The position numbers were made by a program, and so were the translations under genes. The notes under the pieces are model-generated. The model made no database searches, had not been told where the DNA came from, and worked only from the letters and a program-made list of their open reading frames with translations. Shown piece by piece: positions 24,991 through 39,900 of a DNA stretch of 64,000 nt (its first letter is position 1; each line of letters begins with the position of its first letter). The stretch comes from Haliotis rubra (lineage: Eukaryota): positions 1,240,001-1,304,000 of the forward strand of contig NW_025765225.1 of assembly GCF_003918875.1 (NCBI RefSeq), given 5' to 3'.

Positions 24991-27900
24991 TCATCGTCTG
25001 TGTACACGTTCCATCAGCAAAACAGCTCCAGCTACAACCACACCAACAAGAAGAGAGTAAAATGAAGACTGTACATCAACAAGGGTGACAGCTTGGCCTT
25101 TTGTCTTCGCCGGCTGTGAGCACTTGTTCTCTGGCCACCATGCTTGTGTCAGACGTTCAATGACACCCGTGTCGAGCAACCGCAGAATTCTAAAAGTAAA
25201 GACATGAAACTGTTTCTGAGTGGGGTATCCATGTATTTTGATGGAATTTCAGTGGATTAGCACTGTAAACCATATGTCTGGGTCAGTACCAACAGATACT
25301 CGTGCATAAAAGTGCAAGTGGTCTTGAAGGCGATTTTCAGCTCCATTTAACCTCATCTCTCTTTCACTGTGCCCAATGAATAACTATACTCACATGTCCG
25401 AGACAATCTTCTTGTATGGAGATCCATTTGGAAAAGCAAAGCTATATCTGACAGGGAAGAAATCATCTTTGAGTATGCGCAGCTGGCAGTTACGACTCCT
25501 CCAGTAGTTGGAGAGCGGACGACCTGCTATAAAGGCATAGTCCTCTGTTAATAGTTTCTTCAGATGCACGTCTTGATAGGGACTTAGAATATCTGGATCC
25601 GATTGGCTGAATTTCTGTATACCTTCAAGAAGGAGCTTGTGCATGGTCACGTTGGACATCTAACAAAACAGACAATATACTCGTACATGTACATTTATCA
25701 CTGTTTTGAGTACGCAGTGGTGACTAAAAACAATCTTAGTTTAAATTTGTCACTGTTTGAAAAAGTATTTTGAGATATAATTTATCATGTGATAAACAAA
25801 TGCTGGTCATTCCGGATTTGAGTATAATACCTGACGGTAATTGACTATTTCTAATTATACTGTTCACTTGTATTTGTTTTGTTAAGTAACACAGTCTGCT
25901 ATATCTGCTCCAGCTATGGCTTCATGAAAGCGGCGTAATCAAGTGTGGCCGACAGACCAGTAATTGATATATTGTACTACAAACAATAATCTACGTTGTC
26001 GGGTGCGTTTACGCGCTACCACCTGTCAGCAAACCTGACCACCCGATCCTTTGTCGTTTGTAGCTTCCAATCTGCTGTTGTAGGGTTGTATGAAAACGGA
26101 TGATAAACATTGTAGATGTTTTGTTCTGAACTACAGCCTACATTGTCAGTATTCACGTGTATTCATGCATCCTTTAGGACTATGCACACATTAGTCAGAT
26201 AGCGATGCATCAAATATAAGGTTATCAAGGACACCTTCATCAAAGCACGATGACGGCATTGTATTAATCTGTTGTAATATATTGAAAATGTATTGCAAAT
26301 TTAATGAAAACCTGTCCCATGCGTACCTTAAACTGAGTCAGAAAGCTGCCCCCGCTGACACAGCCCCATTTGAAATTAGTCTGGGTTGCCATCTCCATTG
26401 CCGTCTCAAATGGTGGCGATTGTGTGTTGACGGTGAGGAAGGCGATGAGGTTACAACAGAAACTAGCAGTCATGAGGCACGTTAGTGCCCACCAGCAGAC
26501 AAACAGAACACGACTGCGGGCATGCCGAAACATCTGTTCATTGCCTGGAAGTAAAAGCGCAATGACCATTCTGTAAGAACAGCCAAAACGTCTAGTTAAT
26601 ACAGACTAGGATTAGACACACTGGCCAAACAAGCAAGTGTTGTTGAAGTCAGTCTAAGATTGCATTGTCACCAATCTGCTTCATACTGCAAGATGTGTAT
26701 CAGTATAAAGGGGACTATTACCCTAAGTACATTGAAACAATGTCTCATATTCACACGAATATTAGGTATTAAATCAGTACATATCCAGGCTGTGTGATGA
26801 ATTTGGAGATGTAATTGTGCTCTTATTTAAAACCAGCAAACTTTCATGGAACTTTGACACGATTATGATATTTGTTTACATTTCCCCAGAACATTCACAA
26901 ATATATCATGGCAGAGAAGATGATATGGTTGTTCTCGAACAGCATCTGGAAACTATTGCTGGTGACCATAGTGATAAAAAAATATATATGGCTGGTGACT
27001 TTAATGTCAGAACAAAAGACTTTGATGACTACATTCAAGATGACAGTATTAACTTGCCTATAGGTACGGCGATGACATTGATTGATATCCATCCGACGAA
27101 TTTTGTATGGCAAGAGCGAACAAAGACACTGATTATAATAATTACGGTATAAAACTGACAGAATTTTGTTGTACTTTCGGGATACATTTATTTAACGGCA
27201 GACTTTTTAATGATAAAAATAGCAAATTTTACATGTTTTACACACAATGGTCAGAGTGCCGTTGATTATATGCTGGCATCAGCAGATGTATTTCCTAAGG
27301 TAACATATTTTGGTATAGCTATGCGTGATGAGTCTAACCATTTTCCATTGTACTGTTCTTTAAGAATTCATCTAAATAATTGTAATGTAAAGGAAGGACG
27401 ACCTGGTGAGAGGATTGATGTAAATGTGGGTAAATGGTACTGATGATGTCAATGAATGGTCAAAATATGTTTGGATAGGAAATGAAAGCCAAATATTTAC
27501 TGATAATTTTGTGTGTAACCTATCTGAGGTTTCTGAAGATTTGTGTGAGCAGATTCATACGGATACAGACAAAGCTTTAGCATCTATTATTAGCATCTAC
27601 CAATCAGCAGCAGTCAATTCTAAGAGGATTTATCGGAGTAGTTGGGGTAGAAGCAATAGTCAACCTCCATGGCGGGACAGGGATTTAGAAGATCTTAAGC
27701 AGAGAAAGTATCAGGCACTTAGAGCTCATAGAGATAATGGTAAGGATATTTGTGAGTTCAGAACATTAAGAAATTTATTGGCAAAATTAGATTGAAGCAA
27801 AAGAAATATTTATCAGCTGAAAATGAAAACAGACTTAATTGACTGTAGAAATAATGCTAAAGTATTTTAGAGGGAGCTGGACAAGTCATTTTAGCAATCT

Positions 27901-30900
27901 TTTATGTGCAGATGGTATTACTAGTGATTTCAGTCAGGATAATTTGGAAAGTCATGTAAATATATATTCAGTCTTAATGCTCCTATTACCCATATGTAAG
28001 TTTGTTTCATATAGATAGGATCGGATTAAACAAATCACCTGGTCCTGATGGCTTACCTGTAGAGTTTCTAAGGAAAACTAAGAATCATATTTCACCTTTA
28101 TTAGTTTTAGTGTTCAGTAAGATATTTGAAAGTGGCAATTTTCCCAAAGAATGGGGTAAGAGTATTATATGTCCTCTGTTTAAGTCTGGGGATAGGCATT
28201 CTCCTGATAATTATCGAGGAATTTCTTTAATCGATGCAGTATGCATAGTGTTTTGCTCCATTCTTAACTATAGGCTTCAGAGGTGGTGTAATGAACATGA
28301 TGTTATTGACGAAGCACAGTTTGGCTCCAGAGCCAATCGTTCAACTATTGATGGCATATTCTGTTTGCACTCTGTTCTCTTTTCAAAGGCCTTTGACTCA
28401 ATTAACTATGATGTATTGCTGAGTACCTTGGAGGCAGTAGGTGTGGGTGGTAATTTTATGAAGATCATAGTATCGATGTATTCTAACCTGACAGCTTGTG
28501 TTGGACTCACAAACGGTTTGTCAAATTATTTTAGTTGTAATATTGGTGCATTTTAAGCCCACAAATGTTTATCATCTTCATAAATAAGCTGATAGACTGT
28601 GTGAAGGAGAGTGGTGGCAGAGGTGTTTATTTATCTCATACTTTTGATAGTATGTTTGTTTTTATGTTTGCCGATGATGTGACATCTATGGCAGATTCAT
28701 GTCTACAGTTACAAAAAGATCTATGCTCTGGAGCTTTTTTGTGACAGTACGGGTATGAAAGTTAATCTGAGTAAGACAAAGGTAATGGTTTTCCGTAATG
28801 GTGGTCCATTGAGGAAATATGAAAGATGTTTTTTCAAGGGAGATCCAATAGATGTCTTTTCGTCATACAAATACCTTGGTCTTGTTTTTACACCCAAACT
28901 CTGCTGGAGTAAGGCACAGGATTCTCTTGCAGCACAGGCAAATAAAGCATTATTGGCTATGTACACTTATTCAAGGAAATTCGGCAGCTTATCATGTAAG
29001 GCCGTGTTTAAGATATTTGATGCTACAGTTGTTCCAATATTGTGTTATGGTTCAGAAGTATGAGGTGTAAATTATTGTAAGAAAATCGAGAGTTTTCTAA
29101 TTAAATTATGGAAATGGATTCTTAAAGTTGGCAGGAATACTACAAATAATATGGTTCTTGGAGAATGTGGAAGAGTCCCACTTCAGTATATCTATACGAC
29201 CAGAGCGGTTAAAGAACAAATACACTTTGTTTTTTTTACTCTTTTAACTACTACATATGAAAGATTTGTGGTTAGACTTATGCGGAACACCAAATTTATT
29301 CTTTAAAAACTTGTGGTTAATTAATACCGAGCGATTAAAAGTTGCCAAAAAGTCGCCTGCTTCACTCTCGCCCGCCAACGAAACCACAGACAGGTTACGT
29401 AACTCTGTCGCCAGAGCTCTGCAGTGACGTCATATGAGGAACGATTTTCAGTTAGTGGTATAGAAAGTGTGTAGCACGCTCATCATTTTGATGATTTCTC
29501 GACATCAACGACGACATGCCGAATCGTTGCTTTGTCGTCAATTGCTCCTAGACCGAAGTGAGTAGTTTTAATGACGGGGTTTCATTTATAGCGATGCCAG
29601 TTAGTGATTTATGTATTTGTACCCCTCTAGAGTATATGTGATCTTTAAGTACTGGACAAAACTATGAGAATGAAAATAGGAATATGAATGAAAATAGGCT
29701 ACCTTTGCAATGCTATAATATGATGTTGTTACAGGATGAAGGTGGAAGAACAAATTGGGTTACACATATCAAAAACATTTTGTTTAGACTTGGCTTTGAA
29801 TTCGCTTGGGTTGCACAAGATGTAGGGCACCTCGATACCTTTAATTCGGCATTTAAGCAAAGCTGTTTGATAATCTCCATCAAAAGTTGGTTTCAGAATT
29901 GGGAGTTTTATCAAAGACACAATACTATAAGCAGTTTAAATCATTATTAACCCATTTATGCATAGGGTCTTAGATTTTCATCACATTTTGTGAGCTGATT
30001 TCTTTTGGCAAGCAATGAAAGGTATGAGGTGTCATTTTACCAGTAAATAAATTTTTCCATTCTTTTTTACACTGCAAAAGTACGCCCCATAAATGGGACA
30101 ATATGCAGATGAGTGAACTTAAATTAGGTAATTTATTAGGCTTAGGTGGGGAAATCAACCTCTTAAATCTTAAAAATTGACTCTTTTCATTTGAAAGCTT
30201 TCATGGAATAAAACTAAAATGGCTTTTATATGAAATGTGTATTAACAAATTGAAACCTGAACATTTCATGGACATTCTTGATTCCATTAAATGTTTTCTG
30301 ATGAACTAAACATCATAGTTGATGAATGTATCCTTAAGTCATCTGCTGTTCCTCACATATGTAAACCATGGGTACAGGGTTATTTTACAATGTTAGGTAG
30401 GTGCATTCATACAGACATCTGGAGGAAGTGAAGGGCCTTGGGTAAGTATTTCTTGATGTGTTATACTAAATCATGTAAATCTTTACTTCTGTTTCTTACA
30501 TAAACCACATTTTATGCTAGTAAGTAGATTATTGGTTTCCAAGTGCCAAACTAATCAATTATTGATCATGCGTTCCATGGTTTTGCAAACGCAGCTAGTT
30601 ATTGAAATTTGTCGATAATTTGAATGATCGGTATGGTCACGTCCAGGTTAAGGAATTGTAAAAATTATAGCATCACGGCATGAAGAAGGAAATTCCACTG
30701 ACGTCCAAATGCTATCAAATATATTTAAAAGGGTTTCTAAACACGATTCTGTAAGTGCTTCGGGAGTTGATACTAAATGTTATCAGTTCCTGCAGCAGTA
30801 TCTTGAGCTTGTTTGAAGCTCATGAATAGAAAACATTTCATTATAATCTTCCCCAGCAGAGGACTTAGGGATACATTCATCAACTATGATGTTTAGTTCA

Positions 30901-33900
30901 TCAGAAAACATTTTATGGGATCAAGAATGCCCATGAAATGTTCAGGTTTCAATTTGTTAAAACACATAGTTTCATATAAAAGCCAGTTTGGTTTTATTCC
31001 ATGAAAGCTTTCAAATGAAAAGAGTCAATTTTAAGATTTAAGAGGTTGATATCCCCCACCTAAGCCTAATAAATTACCTAATTTCAGTTCACTTATGTGC
31101 ATAATGTCCCATTTTTGGGACGGCACTTTAGCGGAAAATTGAGTATGGAAAGAATGGAAACCATTTTCATTTTATTTTTCTATTTGAACAACGAAAGTTT
31201 AAGCACATTATAATGAACTTACATAGTTAAAATAGGGACCAATAAAAAATAATCCTATCTCACACTTCGCCGAATTGACAGGGGACCTGCCTTGCCACTG
31301 CAAGTGGCCATGCTTAAAGAACTTAAACTCTACAAGTGATGTAAATGGTTAAACCACTAAACAATTTACTCAGCTTCATGCACGTCTATACTGCAAGTTT
31401 CTGTATTCAACTATAGGAGAGAAATGCTTCCTAGAAGTACCCGTCCCCAAAAAGGGACGATATGCACCAGTGGGTTAAATGTTGAATTGGTATACTGAAC
31501 CACAAAACAAATGTCGCACCGATAGCGGTTTCTTAAAGCACACACTTTAATTCACTCTAATTAACAATCAAAACCAAGGATTGAGTTCAAATTTGACAAT
31601 TATGGTTAACACATTTTCGGGAATCACATTTAGAGTTCACACAAACAAAATGACCAAAAATGGTACAGTAAAGATACCTCAAAGTCAGTATTGTGTGTGA
31701 TGTAAATCACTTCATGTTTGAGTTCAAACAACGCTGTATAGATATTAATATACAACACTGGAATAGTAAAATAAGAAACTTATCATTTCTTGTAAATTAT
31801 AGTACATTTAAGTCACTCCTTGAACCTGAACTGTATATTTCCTGTGGCGCATTACACAAAGATCTTATGCAAATGTTGATCAAATTCCGATGCCAATCAC
31901 ATAACTTGAATATACAAAAACAACGTTTTTCAAAGATAATTGTCCCATATAAAGAATTAGTTTGTAACATTTGTACTTTAACCGTGCTTGAAGACGAATA
32001 TCACTTGTTGCTAATATGTCCATTTTATAACCGATGCAGATCCCAATGTATTCCAGCCTATTTCTACAGCCCACCTTCAATTGTCAAATTCCGAGCCCTT
32101 ATGAAGATACACAGTGTCACTGTTCTTAAAGGAATATGTATATTCCTGAACCAAAACCTACGTTAAAATAATTGTATTATGAATTATATTTCAACTCTAC
32201 ACACCATGACAATGTTGTATTACCTGTTGTACTCTTGGCCACATGGCCTTCAATTCTGAATAAAGTGATCAAAGTGATCAAAGTATTGTGTGTGGCCTCT
32301 ATGGGCATCGATGAAAGCGTTGCATCGTCTGTACATGGAATGAATTAGCCGGTTTATGAAGGCCATAGGCACTTGTGTCCATACTCTGTGAAATGCCTGA
32401 TCGAGTCCAGCAGCAGTTGTCGGCCTTGGCTGCAGGTCATTCAGTCTTCTTTGAATCTCGTCCCAAAGGTGTTCTATTGGACTCAAATCAAGACTGAGTG
32501 CAGGCTATTGTAGGGTTTGGAGTCCAATGTTACTCTGGCAGTGTGGGCACGATCTTTGTCTTGCTGGAAGATGTGATTTCTGTTAAGGTCCAAAATGTGG
32601 TACAAAGTGGGGTCTTATGACTTGGTCAATATAGCGAGCAGCTGTCACGTCATTTCCTCATCCTGGACCGAGATTCTGGAACACCACGGTGCTAACTATC
32701 TGGTTCAGACCGATTGCACCCCCCCACCATGATGATTGGACCACCCCATGAGTCTTTTTCAACAATACTCTATTGGAAAACAGTTCCCCACGCCTTCACC
32801 ATACTCTCACTCTGCCATCGACTGTCGAAACACAGTATCGGCTTTCAGGAGATAAAAAGCACAGTTCTCCATTGTCGATAACGCAAATTTCAATGCTGAC
32901 TTGCCCATTGCAGTCGGTTTTGGCGATGATGAGCGGTGAGGACAGGACTGCAATATGTGACAGCAGAGGTTTCTCCCACGCAAACGTCGACGCATTGTAT
33001 CGGCATTGATGGGTCTGTTGTGAGTCCCAATGGTCTGGCGTGCTGTTTCCGTCTCTCTGGGGAAGCGATCCTTGAGATGGTGTCGGCCTTGACGTTGTGA
33101 TGTTACTGAAGGTCGCTTACTGCGTGGACGGTCTTGGATGCTGTTAGTGACCTGATACCGCTCCTGCAGTCGGTTGACTGTCCTAACATGAACATTAAAA
33201 TGATTGGCTACCCTCCGTGCAGTCTGCCCAACTTGCAATCGTCGCAAGACTTGGTTCCTCCGATCTCTCGTAAGTCGTGCCATGACGATTGTGTCAAAAC
33301 AAACATGATTTCAGGTGAGTTTGGGACTCGCTTTCATTGGTAGGGTTGTCACTATATGCACGTGCCTTTTCATTTTCACGAATGTCATACGGAACCTTTT
33401 ACCACGTCTGCCAGTTTAGGTGCGTTTGGTCGATATGCTTTTTCATCGGAAAACACACTGATGTTGGTAATAACTGTCAATTTGGATTGAAAAACATGTT
33501 AATAAAACGATACAATCATAATAAAAACACCATTTTGTATGAACAAAATCTTGCATTTGGTTTTGAAAAGCGACGTTTCTTTTGTGGTTCAGTATATTTA
33601 TCATCAGATTTTCCTTTTTGTATTGGGTCTGCCATCGCAAGATTTAGATGTTGTACTTATGGACTAGCAGTAGAAACAGGCCGTTATGATGGTACTAAAT
33701 ATATAAGGCGACTCTGCCCTTTTTTGCCTTAAAGATGTATTATCTTTTGTGGAAGATGAATATCGTGTTCTATTTGCAACCATAAGAAGCCCTTATATTT
33801 TCAAGCATGTAACTTCAGTATCACATCAGTCTTTTATGTATATTATGGCATCAGATAAATGTAGTGTTGTCTATGATATTGGTCAGTTCTTACTTAAGGT

Positions 33901-36900
33901 GTATAAACTTAGAATTGCCCTTACACGTGAAATTGATGTGTGATATGTGTACATATGACAGGTAAATATATATACATGACAGCTCTTGCCTGGAATAGTT
34001 CATGGACTCTATGTTGTGTATTTATGCGCGGATTGTGAAAGTTAATCCAACGCCAAGACTGCATTTTGGGCCAATGGCCTTGATATTGGAATAAAGGTCT
34101 GTCAGTCTATCTGAATCACTAACCACTAGGCCTAGACTTAGTGGGCATTGCATTCTAGAACATTGGCTTTCTAGATATTTTACAATATTCAAAGACCGTG
34201 TGTTGAGGTAATTGTTCATTCTGCTACAATACTTTACTTTCAATATCTAATAAACTCCTCACAACGGAATCATGATATCATGCCCCTTCCCCCCGACACA
34301 CACACACAGACACAGACACTCATACTCACACGCACGCACACACGCACACATATACACACACTGTGTATCTACACAGAGAAATCTGAACGTTATGACTACT
34401 CCGTCCCAGTAGAGACACCAAATACGATGGTCGCCAGCTAACATCGAAGAAGAGCTTGTACTAATCTCGCACTCACCTTGACGAAAAGGTACTCCAAACA
34501 TGTACCAGAAAATATCAGCTCTCTTTAGCGTCCTTGTTGATGCCACTGCATTTTTACAATCCGACAATTCCACAGCACTGACCATAAGAAACACGACGAT
34601 GAAGGCCAGTGTTAAGCACACATACACCTCCCACTTAAAGGGCCAAGTGAACGTCCAGATCTTCCTTGTGTCATCTGCAGACTCTCTGACTATAATGCTC
34701 GTTGTGTCCATCATGAAGGGGAAAGCAAAATCTACAATTTTGTCTCGTTCGTACGTTATGCTTATATCCGTTATTGCCATCTCTACTGCCTGACAAAAAA
34801 CAAACACGTGACAAAAACATAAACTGATGAGTAAATGAGTGAGTGAGTGAGTTTTGTTTTACGCCGCTGTTACCAATGTGGCAGCAATATCACGGCAGGG
34901 GACACCAGAAATGGGCTTCACATATTGTACCAATGTGGGGAATCGAACCCGGGTCTTCGGCGTGACGAGCGAACGCTTTAACCACTAGGCTACCCCACCG
35001 CCCCGACGGGTACATTAAAGGTATTCACTTGAAAATTGGATTTGACCAGAAAACAGCTTACGTCATTACAACTTTTTCTAGGCTGAAAACAGTCGCCGAA
35101 AGGCGACAAACTTACTATGACACCACTAAATGCATCATCATCCAATAACCATTTCTTGTTTGTGGATTTTTGTTCCACCATAAAACTGCTATTAATGTTT
35201 TTTTGTGAACTCAGTCCGTTTGTATTTGAGGGTTTACAAACACCCACATCTGTTCTGATCTGAATTTAATGACATAATTCAAGCTAAGGTGACGATATAT
35301 AAAATAAACTTTCTGATATGTAATACATAAACTTATCCACAAGTGAGAGTCAAATCCAACATGAATTAAAAAGTGCATAATAATGTTGACAACGAACCTT
35401 ATTTTGCAGCTGACCCACAAGTCCTGACCATTTACCATTGCCAATATGTGCTCCGTACTGTTTGTCTTCCGGCTGAACGAATTCGTAACTACAAACATAA
35501 GATGATAGGTTATGGACCTGGATCTCGTACTGGTGTAATGTCCTTTTCGCTGTATATTTACATGTCCATCAGAAATTGTAGGGATTAATGCCTCTGGATC
35601 AGCGTGCGACACTGTTTGTTCCATCTAAAAGACCTGTATTCACAATGGTACTAAGAAACATCGATCTTTGTTATTGATGTCGTCCCCACCAAATATAGTT
35701 CCTTCTGTTGTGTCAATTTGCCAAATATTCTGTTTCTTTCAAATTACTTTATTCTATTGATACGTATTATCATTTATCTACACAATATAACATAATGCTC
35801 GCGTGTACGCCAGTGAATAATCTGTGTGGACTATCCAATGGATTGGATTCCAATCGGCGTTGAAAGGAAAAATAGAACATGATAAGAATGCTGTCCTGTG
35901 CTTTACAAGTAAGCAACGTGTGAATCAGTTTATGGTGTCTCGGTCGGTGTAATACGGAGTAAAATCATATTCACTCCAATCCAAGGCATACTCACGTAAA
36001 GTTCAATCTGTCCCTTACAATGTTGAACAAGTCCACACAGAAACCGGAATAAGTTTGATTGCGGTGAAAAACGAATGGAGGCCACTGAAAGCAATAATTT
36101 ATGTACCATATTTCTGACGAGCGATAAGCCCTGAAAAGTTTACGGAGGTATTGTCAGCATCACACCCGGTTAAGACTCAGACCTGGATCACTTAGGGTTT
36201 TGTCCAACAACATGAAGTTAACACGCCGTCATATGAAACTGTCATAATTTTACAGCTATATTCTCCAAAACAGTGTTTAAACCAAACCCAGTCCATCATT
36301 CAATGTCTAAATCAAGATAAATGTATTACGAATATGGATCAAAGAACTCATAAATATGTCTAATAATTTCAGAGGTTGATACAACGCTTAAGCAATAGCA
36401 AGTTCAACTGTAGGGATAGTTTGAAAGGGAAGAAGAGGCGGTCGAAGAATAGAACCCAGCTATGCTTTGCGTTTCCTATTCTTGTTGTTGCTTACTATAT
36501 AGCTTGCTTTGTACATTTAACTCACCTCAAGAGTCCCCACAAGAAACTTGCGTCCATTGAAGCCTCGTCGACTGTTTGGGTAAAGGTCCTCGTCTACGGA
36601 CTTTTCTTGTTTGGTAATTCTGTGAAAATGGCGTCCTTCCTTACTCCACAGCAATGTGTAATAGATTAACCGTTCCTAGAACAAAGTGCTTTTATACACG
36701 TATGGGCTGACACTGCTTGGTGAGATTATGTTCAGTAATTATCACTGAGAGTTTTTGTGTGTGTGTACGCGCTGTCCGTAGAGCCCCATACTAACGTACG
36801 AACTCAATGATTCAAACAATTTAACACCACGTCATTGGCCCTTTTTTACTTTAAGTCGTGAGAGAGACGTTTCGATACAGATTCTTGTACCGTTCTCAAG

Positions 36901-39900
36901 CNNNNNNNNNNNNNNNNNNNNNNNNNNNNNNNNNNNNNNNNNNNNNNNNNNNNNNNNNNNNNNNNNNNNNNNNNNNNNNNNNNNNNNNNNNNNNNNNNNN
37001 NNNNNNNNNNNNNNNNNNNNNNNNNNNNNNNNNNNNNNNNNNNNNNNNNNNNNNNNNNNNNNNNNNNNNAGGAAAACAACAAACTAACATAATCGGCTTC
37101 TTGGGAGTAAGCTGATAAAGCCAGTTAGTAAACAAATGGAAGCACATGGAAGCCAGATGTGCCCTTTTCTCATTGATTGAAGATTATTCACAAAATATAT
37201 AACAAAGACCACATCTCGTATTGGTTAATGTTTTTTTCTAGCAGTTTCTAGAATATATTGGAATATAGTGACGCGCAGACTTCAATGTTGACTTAGCTCC
37301 ATATGTGTTTATTTACTGAGACATTTGAAGTATAAAATTAAAATGATAAAAAAATAATTTTCTATATCCTTTGGTTATTTTATCTTATTATTATATCTGA
37401 AATCTCTGACCTAACGATGGAATTTGTCACAGCATCGAAATCGAAGACAGGGAATGCCATTCCCAGTTGGTACAGGTTCTATATTATGTTATATGACTAC
37501 ATGTTATTGATCAAATCAAACACTAAACATACCGAGATACACGTCACGGGATAACAATACAAAGAAAGTAAGTATTGACCACGAAAGAACATCTGATAAT
37601 ACTTTCTGAAATTGTTCGTCTATGCCGCTTCCGTTATCTTTTGTCTTCTGTGGTCAATAAGCGTCTTTGCTTGTCAGCGAATTCTGTTGTGTATATAACT
37701 CCAGGAGTTGATGATTTGTTCCACGTGTACAATACTATCTCAGGTTACTGGAAATTGCAGTAAAGGCACCCTATATGTTCAGGCATTTTCTTATGTTGTA
37801 TCGTATTGCCTCCCCATTCTCTTCTTACTACATATGCATTCATGACCAGCTCGTGTATTCAGCGAAAAGCCGAATGGTGACTCGTGTCCCCCAAGAAGGT
37901 TCCATGTTGGCGTATCAGAACTACTTTATACAAGAACGACAAGTCTATTTCTGCTTAAATCCAATCGTGATGAGCCTTAAAGAAGCATGCGACTGTAACC
38001 ACTTTGATAGGTTTAACAAATAAATATAACACTGATAGTATTGTTTGCTGTAAATATGTTCTAAGATAATTATTCTCAGCTGCTCTTCTTTTATTTCCAT
38101 ATGTATATACCCAGTTACGGTATTGAAGCTAAAACAGAGGTTGCAGTTAAATGTGTCTTTAGTTTAAACATTAAAGAATCGAAAATGTGATTTTACCTGG
38201 ACTCATTTGTCAATACAAAATGAAATTATACTGAATTTTTACCGAGGGAAAATGAATTACCCATAACAAATCATGTTTGATCGGCACTGTTGTTAATACA
38301 ATAAATGCATTTGTCAGGGATCTTTATAGGTCATCCACATACGTTAAGGATTTGTGCAGGGGCAGATAACGATCTAAATTAAATAGATCGTCACAGAGAA
38401 AATAAACTCACAGGAAAACATGTGAGCCGTTATGTAAACAAACGGACCTTTTGTACTCAGGATGTTTTTATCAAAGTATCTCAATCCTTACGCGCAATCT
38501 GCACTGTTTGTTTTATTTTATCAGATAACATTCATCGATTGAGGAACGAGTTTTCATGCAGACTACGGAAACGGTCGAGTTCTGACGAAATCAATGTTCA
38601 CACACTGAAGAAGTCTTTACGTTCAGTTCTGTATATGTTCTTGTGTTCTCAGTAGTATGGTAACAACCACCCAGGTGCCAAACGCCATTAGTAAGTGTAC
38701 ATGTGTCTGATTATCAAACATGACATGCATACTGATCGAATTTCAAATCCATACACACTTAACCACATCCGAAAACCTGGTGCTGACGACAAAAGGCTCA
38801 AACAATACCTTTTTACGAAACAATGACATATGCCATAGACAAACATTACAATTACTTTCACAAGATATGAGTAATTTCTTGAGTACTTGATCATTTCTTG
38901 TAGACATTAATGTTTTTTAAAAAGGCTTAGGTTGACACAAACCATCTTGAACTTTTTTCTTATACGAAATCGATTTCACGACGACAGAGTTTATTCCATA
39001 GATGTTTAGTTTGGTTAAAAGTAGTCGATCTTGAAGGATGAAAGCATGGTAGGGAAACCATGACAACACTAGAAACATGTGGGCTGGCGTTGTCCTGCAG
39101 CAGAAAAATCCCTAATTTAGGGGCTGATGACGAGAGGCAGGAGACGTTGGAGAATTTCTTCTCGGCGTCGTAATGCTGTCAAATTGCCTTCCCCGAGTAG
39201 CATGTTAGTTGATATGGTGTAGGATATAGTTTCCCTCATCATGACCTCGTCACTCGGAATCTTTTCACTTCAACAACACAGTTTTTATTACGTTCATTGT
39301 TACTTTATGTACACATCTCGAAGATGTATTGAAAAACGAGATTCGCCACTGAACCAAACTCTACTCCAGTATCTCAGATTTCATGTCTGAGTGTTCACAC
39401 AACACCGTCAGTCTTGGCGTCGTGGAACAGCCCCGCAATACGTCCCGAAATCCAAACTCACAAAGACGATTACGTGTTGTTTGAGCTGTTCCCCAACGGA
39501 GACCAGACACATTTGAAACGGCGACCGCTCCTGTAACGATCCAGATTTCAGAACTGGATGAAGCTGTCCTGAGCTTCAAATTTGATCCTTGGTGTGGTTA
39601 AAGATCATGGGCGATCTGTTTTAGACCCATCCCGTTTGTATCTGTCTCCAAAGACATGAAATTAGAACTTAAAATGGCGGTTAAGTCATGGCAAGGCGTC
39701 CAGTCGTGGCATATCGAAAATTAAATGCAGTTTATGTGACAGTAAACGGTTTTTCGAAAGAATACGACCCCTCTATACATCCACTCCTACACGCAGTTTC
39801 CCTAAAAACCATGTACGAAATGTAAGCAGCTTATGTTTCACGTATATTTCGTGACACGTTCGAAAATCCGTTTCAAATGTCAATAAATCACCAAACGGTG

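Larger units (their letters stand above)
26690..34112 (+). mobile_element. Decayed near-full-length LINE ORF2 (APE endonuclease + RT) in IR intron 7, interrupted by three DNA elements
   Basis: EN motifs VYISPE, GDFNVRT, NGR, SAVDY, SNHFP; RT KSPGPDG, NYRGISL, KAFDS, FADD (~28668), YKYLG. C-terminus resumes at ~33597 (ARFRC..LAVETGRY, EDEY); tail aataaaggtctgtc at ~34090. Confidence 0.92.

Noticed and set aside
37570-38700. Possible extra IR exons or decayed LINE coding sequence in IR intron 3
   Set aside because: Frames are broken by stops, IR exons 3 and 4 already join in phase, and LINE similarity is too weak to call by eye
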